From the IMG/VR virus record IMGVR_UViG_3300036766_000889: a stretch of DNA of 64,000 bases; one strand, written 5' to 3'. The stretch comes from a virus. A program made the translations under genes and the position numbers. Below the pieces are notes generated by a model. That model saw only the letters and a list, made by a program, of their open reading frames with translations, was not told the origin of the DNA and ran no database searches. Shown here piece after piece: positions 41,189-51,467 of the stretch (position 1 is the first letter of the stretch; every line of letters starts with the position of its first letter).

Positions 41189-43552
41189 CTAGCCTACAGA
41201 TATTGTTGGTAGTCCAAGTATAGGAATACCCGTGATATAGTCAAGATGCGGGCCAGGCGGGCCAGGGATCCCGGCCACAAGAAATCCGACCGGAACAACT
41301 CCGATTTTTGTAGTCGGAGACGTCAACGAGATGTTCGAAGCTGCTGAAATAGCAACGGCCGCTCCAGAAGTCACGGAAACGGGGCCTCCGCCAGCAGTAA
41401 GGGACATAGCACCAGAACCGCAAAGGGCGCTCCAGCTACCAGTACCGACAAACGAAGACATATTCCCTGTGGCAACGGTTTTTGTCATATTTCCCGTGAT
41501 AACCGTATCGGCCATAGAAGCACCGGAAACAAGAGTACGAGCAATGGAACCAGCAAGGACAGTAGTTGAGTCAACAGCTGTGAGTACCAAAGAGATTCTT
41601 CCGAGAGCAAAAAAATAGTTACAAACTTGAGCATAATGAGCTTGAGTTTTCCCTAAGACAGTTTCAGATCTGTCACCAGCACAGCTTAATGAGTAACCGC
41701 CAGGACCGGCGTTATCCGTCATCTTCTGGCCCTTGTTTGACATTTCAGCGCCAGATTCACTGACAACAGAACCTGACGCTATCGCCATTTTGGTCCCATT
41801 AATTCTCTCAAGGGTGCTTCCACCCATGACCCCTGAGTACGCAAGACCAGTTATTGGATCACCGTGAACTATGTGTGTTACGCCACCGTGAAGTTCAATA
41901 CGAACAGATTCACCGCCCTTGGCAGATTTATCGGTGACTGCAGGGTCCGAAGCAAATCTCCCTATTTCTAATTCAAGACCACCTTCAAGCTTAAGGTCAA
42001 CACTTTTGTGTTCATGGTTCGGAGACGCGCCAATAATGGCTTTCATCATTCCGACAACATTTAGATCTATAGATCTACCTACATCATCCGCTTCCCCGTG
42101 ATGCGCCATCGGCACGTGGATCATGACGCGCCCTTCTTTAGTGACGCCAAATACATATTGATTACTAGTGGTTGGGTGTCTGATGGCAAATAAGCGAGCA
42201 AGACCAACGAAATCAACATCCTCGAGACGAGAAATTACGTCTAGAGGGTCAATTACTGGATTATCTGCAACCTTCTTGTCCTTCGAACTATTGAAGATTT
42301 TCATCCCCAAAATTCGCCCATACTGACTTCTACCAGATGCCGTATGGAAATCGTTACCTACAACAGTTCCTCGAACGTCTTCAATGAAGACTGGATAGGG
42401 TGGGTCAATCTGAAAACCATCAACTTCGTCCGTGACTTTCATCACGCCATCATCGATCATTCTCATTTCGAAACGGTCTTCGGTATATGAGACCGGTGTA
42501 ACGTTAAAACCTTGCGTAGCAGAACCCTGAACTATATACGAAGCTCTCTGTCCGTCAGGATGGACTACATAGGGGTAGTTTGGTACGCCAGGAAGAGCAT
42601 CACTCCCGCCAAAGAATTCCGAAACTAACTCAGGATTTGATTCAAGAAGTGCGAGAAGTTCAGGTGATGTACTAACGGAAAAATTAGGAGAACCATCGTT
42701 TTGAATTAATCCAAAGTTATGAAGTATGTTATAAGCAGGGTTTCTATCTAACGGATCTCCGTCCTCATCGACGCCATTTGCTTCTTTACCAGGGTTAATA
42801 ATGGCATATGGTTTTCCAGTAGCATTATTTATCGGAAAAAGATCCGGAAGGAGATTAAGAGCTGATCTTTTGATTAAACCGCGCCGGTAATATCCAGCCG
42901 CATTCGTAACAAATTCATTTCTGACATTTAGTATGGAAGTTTGATCAGAGTCCCTTAAACGGAATTCGTTACCTGCGCGGTTTGTTACGAATGCGTCCCG
43001 GTCAAGAATGAAATCGGATCCGGAACTTGATGAAGCAATGAAGTCTCCAGGATAACCTTTCCGGGCTTTAAGACGCGTTACCCCGAAGTTAGCATGTGGA
43101 TCGTCTTCATACTCAGGAAAGTCTAAAAGAATTTCTGCCGCTTCATTTGGGTCTACGGATGAATATGGTTCATACTCACGAGCGGGGAAAATGCCGGATG
43201 TCAAAAACTCAATTATGTATGGGGTGTGATTCCCGCGATTATCAAATTTTTTCCAACCAATTATTACTTTTGTTCCTACTTCAGGAATAATGCCTGCCCA
43301 ACTACGTGGACCAGAACCTCCTGGAGCAGGGAGGGGGATATCTTGCCGTTCCCCTCGCATCGAATCGAATGCGACAGAGCATACCATCGTTTCAGTATCA
43401 ACATGGACTATTCTACCCGAGTGTAGGTATGCTTTCGCATCCTTTGCGTTGGTTCCTTGTGTTTTATAACCACCTACAGTATATGGGTCCGGTGATGTAC
43501 GGATACCCTTCGGGGGCGGGGGTAAGTGACCTCTTCTTCCACCTTTTGCCAT
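41189..43552 (-). CDS. Central baseplate spike, gp5/gpV-like, 787 aa
   Basis: OB-fold-type GRIVHVD...GIIPEVGTKVIIGW; C-terminal G/S/T/V beta-helix repeats. Confidence 0.75.
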   Translation of the reverse strand: MAKGGRRGHLPPPPKGIRTSPDPYTVGGYKTQGTNAKDAKAYLHSGRIVHVDTETMVCSVAFDSMRGERQDIPLPAPGGSGPRSWAGIIPEVGTKVIIGWKKFDNRGNHTPYIIEFLTSGIFPAREYEPYSSVDPNEAAEILLDFPEYEDDPHANFGVTRLKARKGYPGDFIASSSSGSDFILDRDAFVTNRAGNEFRLRDSDQTSILNVRNEFVTNAAGYYRRGLIKRSALNLLPDLFPINNATGKPYAIINPGKEANGVDEDGDPLDRNPAYNILHNFGLIQNDGSPNFSVSTSPELLALLESNPELVSEFFGGSDALPGVPNYPYVVHPDGQRASYIVQGSATQGFNVTPVSYTEDRFEMRMIDDGVMKVTDEVDGFQIDPPYPVFIEDVRGTVVGNDFHTASGRSQYGRILGMKIFNSSKDKKVADNPVIDPLDVISRLEDVDFVGLARLFAIRHPTTSNQYVFGVTKEGRVMIHVPMAHHGEADDVGRSIDLNVVGMMKAIIGASPNHEHKSVDLKLEGGLELEIGRFASDPAVTDKSAKGGESVRIELHGGVTHIVHGDPITGLAYSGVMGGSTLERINGTKMAIASGSVVSESGAEMSNKGQKMTDNAGPGGYSLSCAGDRSETVLGKTQAHYAQVCNYFFALGRISLVLTAVDSTTVLAGSIARTLVSGASMADTVITGNMTKTVATGNMSSFVGTGSWSALCGSGAMSLTAGGGPVSVTSGAAVAISAASNISLTSPTTKIGVVPVGFLVAGIPGPPGPHLDYITGIPILGLPTISVG

Positions 43553-43606
43553 AAGTTACGTTACTTTATTAAAAGCATCATTTGATGCGGAAGATAACAC
43601 ATAATC

Positions 43607-44047
43607 ATGAAACCAAAGTATAGTTTGGATGGAAGGTTTAAGATGCCAACAATTGTTCAAGTATGTACGCTCGCTGGAAAAATAATCGAAAAAGCGCGTT
43701 GGGAAGTTGAGTTTCCATCTGGCATTCAAGAGGGCCATACCGTAGCTGTAAACATTCCGTTCAACGATTCAGCCCTAAACGGATATTTGGCAAGGTCCAA
43801 GTCACCAAACTGTCTAGTAGACAAAGGACCGTCTGGCTACAGTGTTGGATTGACATTCCAAGTTAAACACATTAGCCACATGATCGATACATCAGTAAAA
43901 GAGGAAGTGGAAGCAACCTCTATGGCTACTGTTCAACCAGTGAACCGTCTCGTAGAAAATGTGATTTTGTATTTACTTGATGCTACAAAATGCGATCAAA
44001 AATTCGTTCAAGGAATTCGTGGAGAAATCAGGATTTCTTCAGAATAG
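43607..44047 (+). CDS. Hypothetical protein antisense to the tail operon (alternative start ATG 43643)
   Basis: Fills the hub-spike gap; GGAAGG before ATG 43643. Confidence 0.6.
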   Translation: MKPKYSLDGRFKMPTIVQVCTLAGKIIEKARWEVEFPSGIQEGHTVAVNIPFNDSALNGYLARSKSPNCLVDKGPSGYSVGLTFQVKHISHMIDTSVKEEVEATSMATVQPVNRLVENVILYLLDATKCDQKFVQGIRGEIRISSE

Positions 44048-47000
44048 TAATATTCGGAACGCCACTGGGGGTGGGAACAAAATCTGGCGGTGGTACCGGA
44101 CCAACCATTCGGCCATCTAAAGGGAAATCTTGATCGTTCGAGATTATCACCGGAGCATTAAGGATAGCTGACCCAACCGTAACGCTTTTGAGGCGCGAGA
44201 CGTCTTTTTGACTAATAATAGTAGGTAGAGGAAGAGGCTGCCCATGAGGTTGAGTTTGTGGTACTGGCGTAGTATTGATTTGCCCAGTGATTCTACCCTT
44301 GAAAGAGTCATTAGGATCTCCAAAGTGCAGGTCATTAATAACAACTTCAATTTTTTCTTTTCCAGATTTCCAAGCGTCCTTAAGATTACCTAGTGCCTTC
44401 TGGGTAGAACCGAAATTGAAGTTTGCCTTTTGCTTAATGGCTTCAATGGCATCTTTATCTCCTCGTGCTGCAGCCGCAAAAAGTGGACCAATAGGGTCAC
44501 CAAACGCTGGATCGTCAGCAGCGAGTATGTTGTCCTCAGGGTTTCCAAAAAGTGGAGATCCTAGATTATTAGAAAATACAGATTGACGTATAACAGGGTC
44601 ATTTTGAGTCGATCTTTCAATGGACCTGTTACCAACGGTGTAATTCTTTTCTCTCTGGACGTTGAACGAATACTTTCTAGTAAATTCAGACGATAAGAAA
44701 TCATTAAGAGCATCGAAGAAAGAGTTACTACTTACACTTCCAGTAAAAACGGATTCTTTCGGGTTTATACCATGCGTCGTGAGGGATGATATCGTGTTAG
44801 GTAATGACGATATTCTTTGACGACGTGATTCATTTTGTGAATCAGTGAATTTCTTCATGTTAAGTTCGATTTCGGCTTTAGCTTCACTTATACTCATTGA
44901 AGATGGAGTCAAATCGGCTGATAGGTTTGTTATCTGGGTCTCACCGAAAGATTCTTTTAACGACAATTCTCCAATTTCGGCATCAGCACTGGCTTGTTTA
45001 GCAGAAATAACAGCATCTATTTCAGAGTTAATTCCTGTTATCTTCTCTTGACTCTCAGGGTTCACTTCACTGTTGAAAGTTTCTCTGATAGACCCGATCA
45101 TGTCCTTACTGTTTACTATCTTTGTAATAAACTCCACCGGCAAAACACTCAACCAATCACCACGACTGAGTCCGCAACTGCACGGTTTATGAGCAGAGTC
45201 GAGACCGGGAAGGTCTATCGTAGGAGAGAGTTCACCGAGAGTCTTAGACTTTCGTAGGGAGTCAGCTTCTATGAAAACACTTTTCCCCGTATTTGAATTC
45301 ATTAAGTTCGTGTATGTATTCTGAGAAGTTTGAACCACGTCCGTAGGACCGCCAGTAGCGTACCCCTTAAAACTCGCTCCAGTAACGTAATCATCAGGCT
45401 GCATTTTTTCGAATGAACTTGCATATGACACGACGTGTCCTGTAGCACTACCGATCACAGACGGGTCTGTCAAAAAACCACCCGACGGAGCAAATTGAAG
45501 ATTAATTTCATTTGCAAGGTTTTGTGGGTCACCCGTGTTTATTTTAAGCTGGCCCCTATCGATGAAAGAACCTCGACCATATTTATAATGCCCTATGACT
45601 TCAAATCCAAATTCATCGGATACTGGCCTAATCATCATATTCAAAGATGCGAATCTTTGAGTATCTCCAAGGTTTTTCTTAACCAATAAGTTGTTTTCCT
45701 TCGCTTCATCGAGAATCTTTTTTGCTTCTCCTAGAGAATTTTTCTTCACCTCGATATCTGAAGCTGCATTGGAAACTTCAGTATCACTACCAACTGTGAC
45801 TAACGAGTCTTTTTTATTTCGTGCCTTGACGAGTGCGTTAAAAGTCTTTGTAGACTTTATGAGTTCATTCGATGCTTCCTTAAATGACTTTGTAGCCGCG
45901 TCAACATCGTCCTGCGTTTTCTTTATGTCTGATTTCTTTTGAACTTCAAGAGTCTTCTTGTTAGCTTCGGATACAAAGCTTCCTCCTGAATTGGCAGGTT
46001 GCCATGTTACTGAGTCGATCGGAATGAGTTGAAAATCTTTAATTTGTCTCGAGACATCAAATGCATAATCGTATGCACCAGCATTAGTCATACCAGCTTC
46101 ATACCTATGAGCACGAAGACGATCAATTATGTCTTTTTTCTGTTCAGACTGAAGTTGTAAGAAAATGGCCTGCGCTACTTCTTTTTGTTTAAAATTAATA
46201 CTTTGTTCAGTTTCATCTGATTGAGTTTGACTTTGCTTAGGCGGAGGATTACCCATTCTCTCAGCCAAACTTTTTAGACTCTTATCGTCATCATATTTAG
46301 CCCTATAAACCATGACAACGTTCGGGTATCCGAGCATTTTTCCAGTTTTTGGGTCTCTTAAAAAAACTGGGCTGCCTTCTTGCACACTCTGAGTTTGACC
46401 CGTTGTAGAACCAGGCCTGTCAGGAAATTCAACCGTATAAGTAGGAACTTTTCTTTTAGTTCCCGCTTCACCACTTCCTTTAGGCGGATTAGACTCTTTA
46501 ACACCAGATTGTTTAATAGACCCGATGTTACTAGGTGCAATAAATTTAGATCTCTTCGCTGTTAGGTTTAACGTTGTTGTAGCCTGTCCACCGACTGAAT
46601 ACTGATGTGATATCCCTTGGATATAAAAGAAAGAGTCGTACTTTGGGAACCACATAGGGAAACCCATTCTGATTTCAGGACGCAAAGGAATCGTTACAGT
46701 TCCATTCTGTCTTTTCGAGTTTAATCGATCAAGGTAATCCATCATATGGAAAAACAGTTTTCGTGGATTACCGGACCACTCACATTGATAATCGTGTTTC
46801 CTCCATCCGTATCTACGTAAGAGGTGAAAGTCATAAACTCCGGAATTAGGTGATGTGATTGAGTCAGTAAGGCCCCAATCCATGACGCCGCCGAATGCGT
46901 TCCCAGACCCGGTTATGTGAGTAACGACCTCAGCTTCAGTGTCAGTAATACTGTCTTCTATTATTTCAAAATCCTGAACCCAAGATATTGGTTTATTTGG

Positions 47001-48041
47001 TAACACGTTCAAGTTATAAAATGGTGGTTTGAAAATTATGTCGCCAGTAGTGTCACAGTAAAATTCAAAGCCATTCTGTAAAGCACACGTGGTGGCAAGA
47101 GATAACTTACTTTGTTGTTCATTCTCGTTAAGCTGAAAATCGGCTGCCTTATCAAGTTCTTTTTTAACAGCAGCGATTTCATTCGGTTGAGGACGAAACA
47201 TCGTTGTTGTTTGATTTACGAACGACCTTTCAAGATCATCTTTAAATATTAAAGCGGCTAACTGATTTTTTGAAGCTGTAGCGGCTTCTGAGCCGAAAGA
47301 ATAAGCTTGTCCACTTGTTCCATATAAAACAAGTGAATTCCATATGTTGCTGAATTTAAGCTGCCAATATGCCATAATATCTTTGGCATATGAAGCTATG
47401 ACTTGACCCTCAGGACCATGTTCCGGAAGAAAACTTTTGAATGATCCGGTCGTAACAGAAAAATCGCCCATGGCTTCTTGAGCCAACGAAATTATGATTG
47501 TGTAGGGGTTCATACCAGCGTACTGATTTCCCCAGAATTGGAAATTTCCTGCACTAGATCCGAATTTGTCGATGAAACCGGGGTTCGTCGTTGTCATCGT
47601 AATTTCCCACCATCTCAGTATATCTTTGCAAGAAATTGAGATGGTTGTAGTTCCTCCGGACCAACTTTTCGACACACTTGATACAAGACCCCAAAATATT
47701 CGATAATACTGAGGAAAACCTCCAACCAAGAAATACCCTTTAGAATAAATCTCAACTTCCATCATCGGTATGATGAGTAGTTGACCGTCAACATAAAAAT
47801 CATTGACATCATTGTCTGGAATCGATAAATTGATGGTGGCAGAACCGGGAGCTCCTGAGTCAACAGCGGCATTTGTACTAATGCCGGTGACATAGTCATT
47901 TACAGATACTTGTCTAAGGCACTCTCCGCACCCAATAATTGATGTTTCTCCCTGGAAAGCGACATACACGTCCGGAGTTACAACTACGTACGGACGTTTG
48001 TTTGGACTGAACGTACCACGGAAAGCTGATTCTCTACTCAT
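44028..48041 (-). CDS. Baseplate hub, gp27-like, 1337 aa
   Basis: FEFYCDTTGDIIFKPPFYN, LRRYGWR, GTVTIPLRPEIRMGFP..FYIQGISHQY. Confidence 0.8.
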   Translation of the reverse strand: MSRESAFRGTFSPNKRPYVVVTPDVYVAFQGETSIIGCGECLRQVSVNDYVTGISTNAAVDSGAPGSATINLSIPDNDVNDFYVDGQLLIIPMMEVEIYSKGYFLVGGFPQYYRIFWGLVSSVSKSWSGGTTTISISCKDILRWWEITMTTTNPGFIDKFGSSAGNFQFWGNQYAGMNPYTIIISLAQEAMGDFSVTTGSFKSFLPEHGPEGQVIASYAKDIMAYWQLKFSNIWNSLVLYGTSGQAYSFGSEAATASKNQLAALIFKDDLERSFVNQTTTMFRPQPNEIAAVKKELDKAADFQLNENEQQSKLSLATTCALQNGFEFYCDTTGDIIFKPPFYNLNVLPNKPISWVQDFEIIEDSITDTEAEVVTHITGSGNAFGGVMDWGLTDSITSPNSGVYDFHLLRRYGWRKHDYQCEWSGNPRKLFFHMMDYLDRLNSKRQNGTVTIPLRPEIRMGFPMWFPKYDSFFYIQGISHQYSVGGQATTTLNLTAKRSKFIAPSNIGSIKQSGVKESNPPKGSGEAGTKRKVPTYTVEFPDRPGSTTGQTQSVQEGSPVFLRDPKTGKMLGYPNVVMVYRAKYDDDKSLKSLAERMGNPPPKQSQTQSDETEQSINFKQKEVAQAIFLQLQSEQKKDIIDRLRAHRYEAGMTNAGAYDYAFDVSRQIKDFQLIPIDSVTWQPANSGGSFVSEANKKTLEVQKKSDIKKTQDDVDAATKSFKEASNELIKSTKTFNALVKARNKKDSLVTVGSDTEVSNAASDIEVKKNSLGEAKKILDEAKENNLLVKKNLGDTQRFASLNMMIRPVSDEFGFEVIGHYKYGRGSFIDRGQLKINTGDPQNLANEINLQFAPSGGFLTDPSVIGSATGHVVSYASSFEKMQPDDYVTGASFKGYATGGPTDVVQTSQNTYTNLMNSNTGKSVFIEADSLRKSKTLGELSPTIDLPGLDSAHKPCSCGLSRGDWLSVLPVEFITKIVNSKDMIGSIRETFNSEVNPESQEKITGINSEIDAVISAKQASADAEIGELSLKESFGETQITNLSADLTPSSMSISEAKAEIELNMKKFTDSQNESRRQRISSLPNTISSLTTHGINPKESVFTGSVSSNSFFDALNDFLSSEFTRKYSFNVQREKNYTVGNRSIERSTQNDPVIRQSVFSNNLGSPLFGNPEDNILAADDPAFGDPIGPLFAAAARGDKDAIEAIKQKANFNFGSTQKALGNLKDAWKSGKEKIEVVINDLHFGDPNDSFKGRITGQINTTPVPQTQPHGQPLPLPTIISQKDVSRLKSVTVGSAILNAPVIISNDQDFPLDGRMVGPVPPPDFVPTPSGVPNITILKKS

Positions 48042-48051
48042 ATTTCATCAC

Positions 48052-49941
48052 TCAAACTGGGGTTAGATCCAACTGGGTATCAATAAATTGTTCAATATCA
48101 GTAGCATCAGTGTCCGATGTCACGCCAGTAGGAGCTTCACTTTGTAGAAAAGTCGGGTAGAAAGTCGGATCAGGTCCGGGCTCTTCACTAGGAACGGCAC
48201 TACCTTCGTCTACGGCTTTCGAAATTGACAGTTTTCGTGGGAAAACACCGGAGTTAAAATTAACACCGGTCGTTTCGGCAACAACTTGATCATTGATTTC
48301 CGTCACTTCAAAATCGTACCTTGAAGTAAACTTCCATGAATATGATAAATTAAATGGCTTCTCTGCGTCATCTGAAACGGAGAAATCATCAAATGACCCG
48401 ATATAAATGTGACTGTCATAGTAAATGAAAACACTCATACTAATAACAGGGATTCCCCAGTTATGTTGGTCGCCAGTAACTGCTTGCGTATATAAATGTC
48501 CGTTATTTCGGTACATCATTACAAGCGACATTAAATTGGCATACGACAAACTGTGGAGTCTGTGTATATGAGTTAATCCTCCACCCGTAGGACCGAACGC
48601 GTACTGCGCTGCAGTGACACCCTTACAACTAATGGTCAATGGTTTTTCTAACCACATGTGAGTTATCTGTCCGCGACGACCTTTAGGATAGTCTACTTGG
48701 TGTTCATAATTACGAGTAAACTCACTCGGGTTGATTAGCATCAACAAACTTGGTATTTTATTCGCTGAATCAATTTGATTCTTAAGTTCATTTAGTTGTT
48801 TATTAGCGGCATCTTGTCTTTTATCAGAAACAACTATGTTCCTACCTGTGATACTTAGCGTGTCTTTCGGATCTGTAGAATCGATGTTTCCGGACATCAT
48901 TACGGAAGCATTTGGGTTACCCGACGGATCCTCAGAACTAGAAGCAGTAGAAATCGTTTCTGTCTTGGATCTAGAACCTGCAGGTTTAGCAACTGCCACG
49001 TCATGACCAACTACGGATTCCATGCGTGCTAATTGTGACAAAAACCCAGGACTTTTTGAGTGTTTCTGAAGCTTAATCAACATGTCATTAACAGTGATAT
49101 CACCATCAGGATCTAAACTACCACTCTTAATACCTCGGTTCTGTGTCCATCTGTTATCTATGGTTTTCCCATCAGCTTCATATTTCTTGTATATGACCGC
49201 TTTTGGGTCACCTGCTTTTTTTACTTTAGAAGGGGCAAAATTAGCAAGTTTAACTTGAGCTGCGTTTTCATAAGGTCCCCTAAAAGAGTGTTTAAGAAAT
49301 TTTTCAACGTAAGGAAGTTGTTGCTCAGCCGTTAGTTTATTGTAGTTATTCTCCCAAAAATCCAAGTTCATTCCAGAAGATACCATGGCACGTCGAGTTA
49401 CCTGGTTTATTCCACGTGCTTGAACAGGTTTACTCTTGTCTCCATCCACGTGATTATTACCATCAGGACCGGCCTTAATTCCAGACTCCATGTATAGCAT
49501 AAGAAGAAGATCAGATGGTCTACATCTTACATTATGTGCTACTTCTACTAATTTGCGGTAAAAAGAATCAGGTAATCCAGAGGCATCTCTGACTCCGCTA
49601 GTATCAAGTGACTCAGTACCTTGAACATCGACAGTTGAAGGAGTTGAAGGTACACTGATCGAATTATCAATTGATCGATTAACAGGTACAAATGCCACAC
49701 GAACATCCGGTGGGATAAAACCAATTATGAATGGCTTAAACGCCGGACGAACGCCGGTTAAAGAGTCTAACTCATCACCAGCAGAAGAAGATGAGGAAAA
49801 TGCTGATGACCCGCTAGCTGATTTAGATGACGAACCTGGAGCAGTACTGCCTCGTCCTTGTACATATAATTCACTGATGCTGCGAAGTATATCAGGGACA
49901 GCCCTCAGAATCTTCTGATATGTATCTGAGGGGTTACTCAT
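48052..49941 (-). CDS. Tube-initiator-like protein fused to a lytic transglycosylase/lysozyme-like domain
   Basis: LL.MLYMESG..., ARGINQ, LTAEQQLPYVEKF; C-terminal INPSEF..YIGSFDDFSV...F.YSWKF is paralogous to 50892-51455. Confidence 0.75.
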   Translation of the reverse strand: MSNPSDTYQKILRAVPDILRSISELYVQGRGSTAPGSSSKSASGSSAFSSSSSAGDELDSLTGVRPAFKPFIIGFIPPDVRVAFVPVNRSIDNSISVPSTPSTVDVQGTESLDTSGVRDASGLPDSFYRKLVEVAHNVRCRPSDLLLMLYMESGIKAGPDGNNHVDGDKSKPVQARGINQVTRRAMVSSGMNLDFWENNYNKLTAEQQLPYVEKFLKHSFRGPYENAAQVKLANFAPSKVKKAGDPKAVIYKKYEADGKTIDNRWTQNRGIKSGSLDPDGDITVNDMLIKLQKHSKSPGFLSQLARMESVVGHDVAVAKPAGSRSKTETISTASSSEDPSGNPNASVMMSGNIDSTDPKDTLSITGRNIVVSDKRQDAANKQLNELKNQIDSANKIPSLLMLINPSEFTRNYEHQVDYPKGRRGQITHMWLEKPLTISCKGVTAAQYAFGPTGGGLTHIHRLHSLSYANLMSLVMMYRNNGHLYTQAVTGDQHNWGIPVISMSVFIYYDSHIYIGSFDDFSVSDDAEKPFNLSYSWKFTSRYDFEVTEINDQVVAETTGVNFNSGVFPRKLSISKAVDEGSAVPSEEPGPDPTFYPTFLQSEAPTGVTSDTDATDIEQFIDTQLDLTPV

Positions 49942-49953
49942 GTTTCGCCTGAG

Positions 49954-50868
49954 CTAGCCTGGAACAGCAGAACCGCGAGATACTCTAGCAGATCTCCTTG
50001 CTGCTTTGATGGATGCAGATATTTTTTCTCTATATTCAGGATCATTCCACAATGCTTTAGAAGCAACGGATCTTTTAGCACGTGATTCTGGCGTATTAGC
50101 AGCAATTTTAGCAATTTTAGATAGTTTTATTTTTACTTCTGGCTTGTTCATTGCAACTTTAGAAATACTAGACCGCTTTGCTCTTGATTCCGGGGTATTC
50201 ATATGGTTTTTAATGGCGGCAGATGTTTTTTCACGATATTCAGAGTCATTCCATGCTGATTTAATTATTTCAGATATTTTTGTTTTAGCTTCTGGTGTAT
50301 TTGCGGATGCTTTAGAAATGATGGACATTTTAGCTCTGTATTCAGAGTCATCCCACAATGCTTTAGAAGCAACGGATACTTTAGCTCGATACTCAGGATC
50401 ACTCCATTTAGCTTTAATGATTACTGACTGTTTTACTTTTACCCCTGGCATATTCATTGCAACTTTAACAGCCGCAGATATTTTTTCACGAAATCCAGGG
50501 TTATCCCACATAATCTTAGAAGCAGCAGATCGTTTAGCATGAGTTTGTTGTGTATTGATAGGAACATAAAATCCACCGGGAGCTGTATTAAAACCGTACT
50601 TTGGATCTCGAGTCTTCCACCGCTTGATTAAACATTTTTCTGCTAAATTCGCTTCTTCAAGCGATTCAAAAACTCGAATAACTTTTCCTTCAAATGCCTC
50701 AGGTCCATACTTCCTGATTGCATTGGGGAAATACCATCTACCGCCCTTCGAATTCTTGGCTTGGGCGCAATGTTGAGACCAACGTCGTTCCATCGTACGA
50801 CTAGTCAAACCAATGTAACGACGCCCAGATTCAATATGTGTATGACAGTAGATGGTCCAGCATTTCAT
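49954..50868 (-). CDS. GIY-YIG homing endonuclease (start ATG 50868)
   Basis: MKCWTIYCHTHIESGRRYIGLT; many 15-aa W.D.EYR.K/NTPE repeats. Confidence 0.9.
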   Translation of the reverse strand: MKCWTIYCHTHIESGRRYIGLTSRTMERRWSQHCAQAKNSKGGRWYFPNAIRKYGPEAFEGKVIRVFESLEEANLAEKCLIKRWKTRDPKYGFNTAPGGFYVPINTQQTHAKRSAASKIMWDNPGFREKISAAVKVAMNMPGVKVKQSVIIKAKWSDPEYRAKVSVASKALWDDSEYRAKMSIISKASANTPEAKTKISEIIKSAWNDSEYREKTSAAIKNHMNTPESRAKRSSISKVAMNKPEVKIKLSKIAKIAANTPESRAKRSVASKALWNDPEYREKISASIKAARRSARVSRGSAVPG

Positions 50869-50891
50869 ACCGGACCTGTTCCACAAAAACT

Positions 50892-51455
50892 CTAGGGAAA
50901 TCGATAAAGAACTTGCTCTACTTTGAATTCCCACGAAAGCTCAAAAGAAAAAGCGTGTGAATCATCTTCGTTAATGCTGAATGAAGTGAAATGTCCGATG
51001 AAAATGCCGCGATCATAAATCATCATGATGCGACCTCGTATAGCTGGTCTTCCTGAACCATCGAAAACCATTCCATTATTATGGAATAGCTCGAGTAAAT
51101 CTTCTTGTCTTTCCCAGGCTATGGTTTCTTTTCTTCTGGTAGCCGTTAACCCACCACCACTATCGTTTGAATTGATGAACGCACCGGTTGAATGAGAACA
51201 AGATATCGAATCGAAATCGTCAGGCCATACGAATTCGACAAAACCACCGTAAGTAGGGACGACGGTCTTACCCTTCGTCATTTTTTCTTCGACAGAATTT
51301 GGATTCGTGTGTAAGGCGAGGAGATACGGATATAACTGCGTGTTTGAACCCGGCATAGTAACTTGGAATAAAAAGGGGCGTCCACGTTTTGTGGTATACG
51401 ACTCAGAGCTGTCAATTGGCGGATTAACGTTATATGGTATTTGAACTGCAACCAT
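50892..51455 (-). CDS. Tail tube initiator, gp48/gp54-like
   Basis: LHTNPNSV...K....T.GGFVE; FIGHFTSFSINED...F.LSWEF; directly after the tape measure gene. Confidence 0.7.
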   Translation of the reverse strand: MVAVQIPYNVNPPIDSSESYTTKRGRPFLFQVTMPGSNTQLYPYLLALHTNPNSVEEKMTKGKTVVPTYGGFVEFVWPDDFDSISCSHSTGAFINSNDSGGGLTATRRKETIAWERQEDLLELFHNNGMVFDGSGRPAIRGRIMMIYDRGIFIGHFTSFSINEDDSHAFSFELSWEFKVEQVLYRFP

Positions 51456-51467
51456 CTGAAATTATTC

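Noticed and set aside
10251-50868. Group I introns around the GIY-YIG genes
   Set aside because: Flanking gaps are short and the neighbouring genes look complete.
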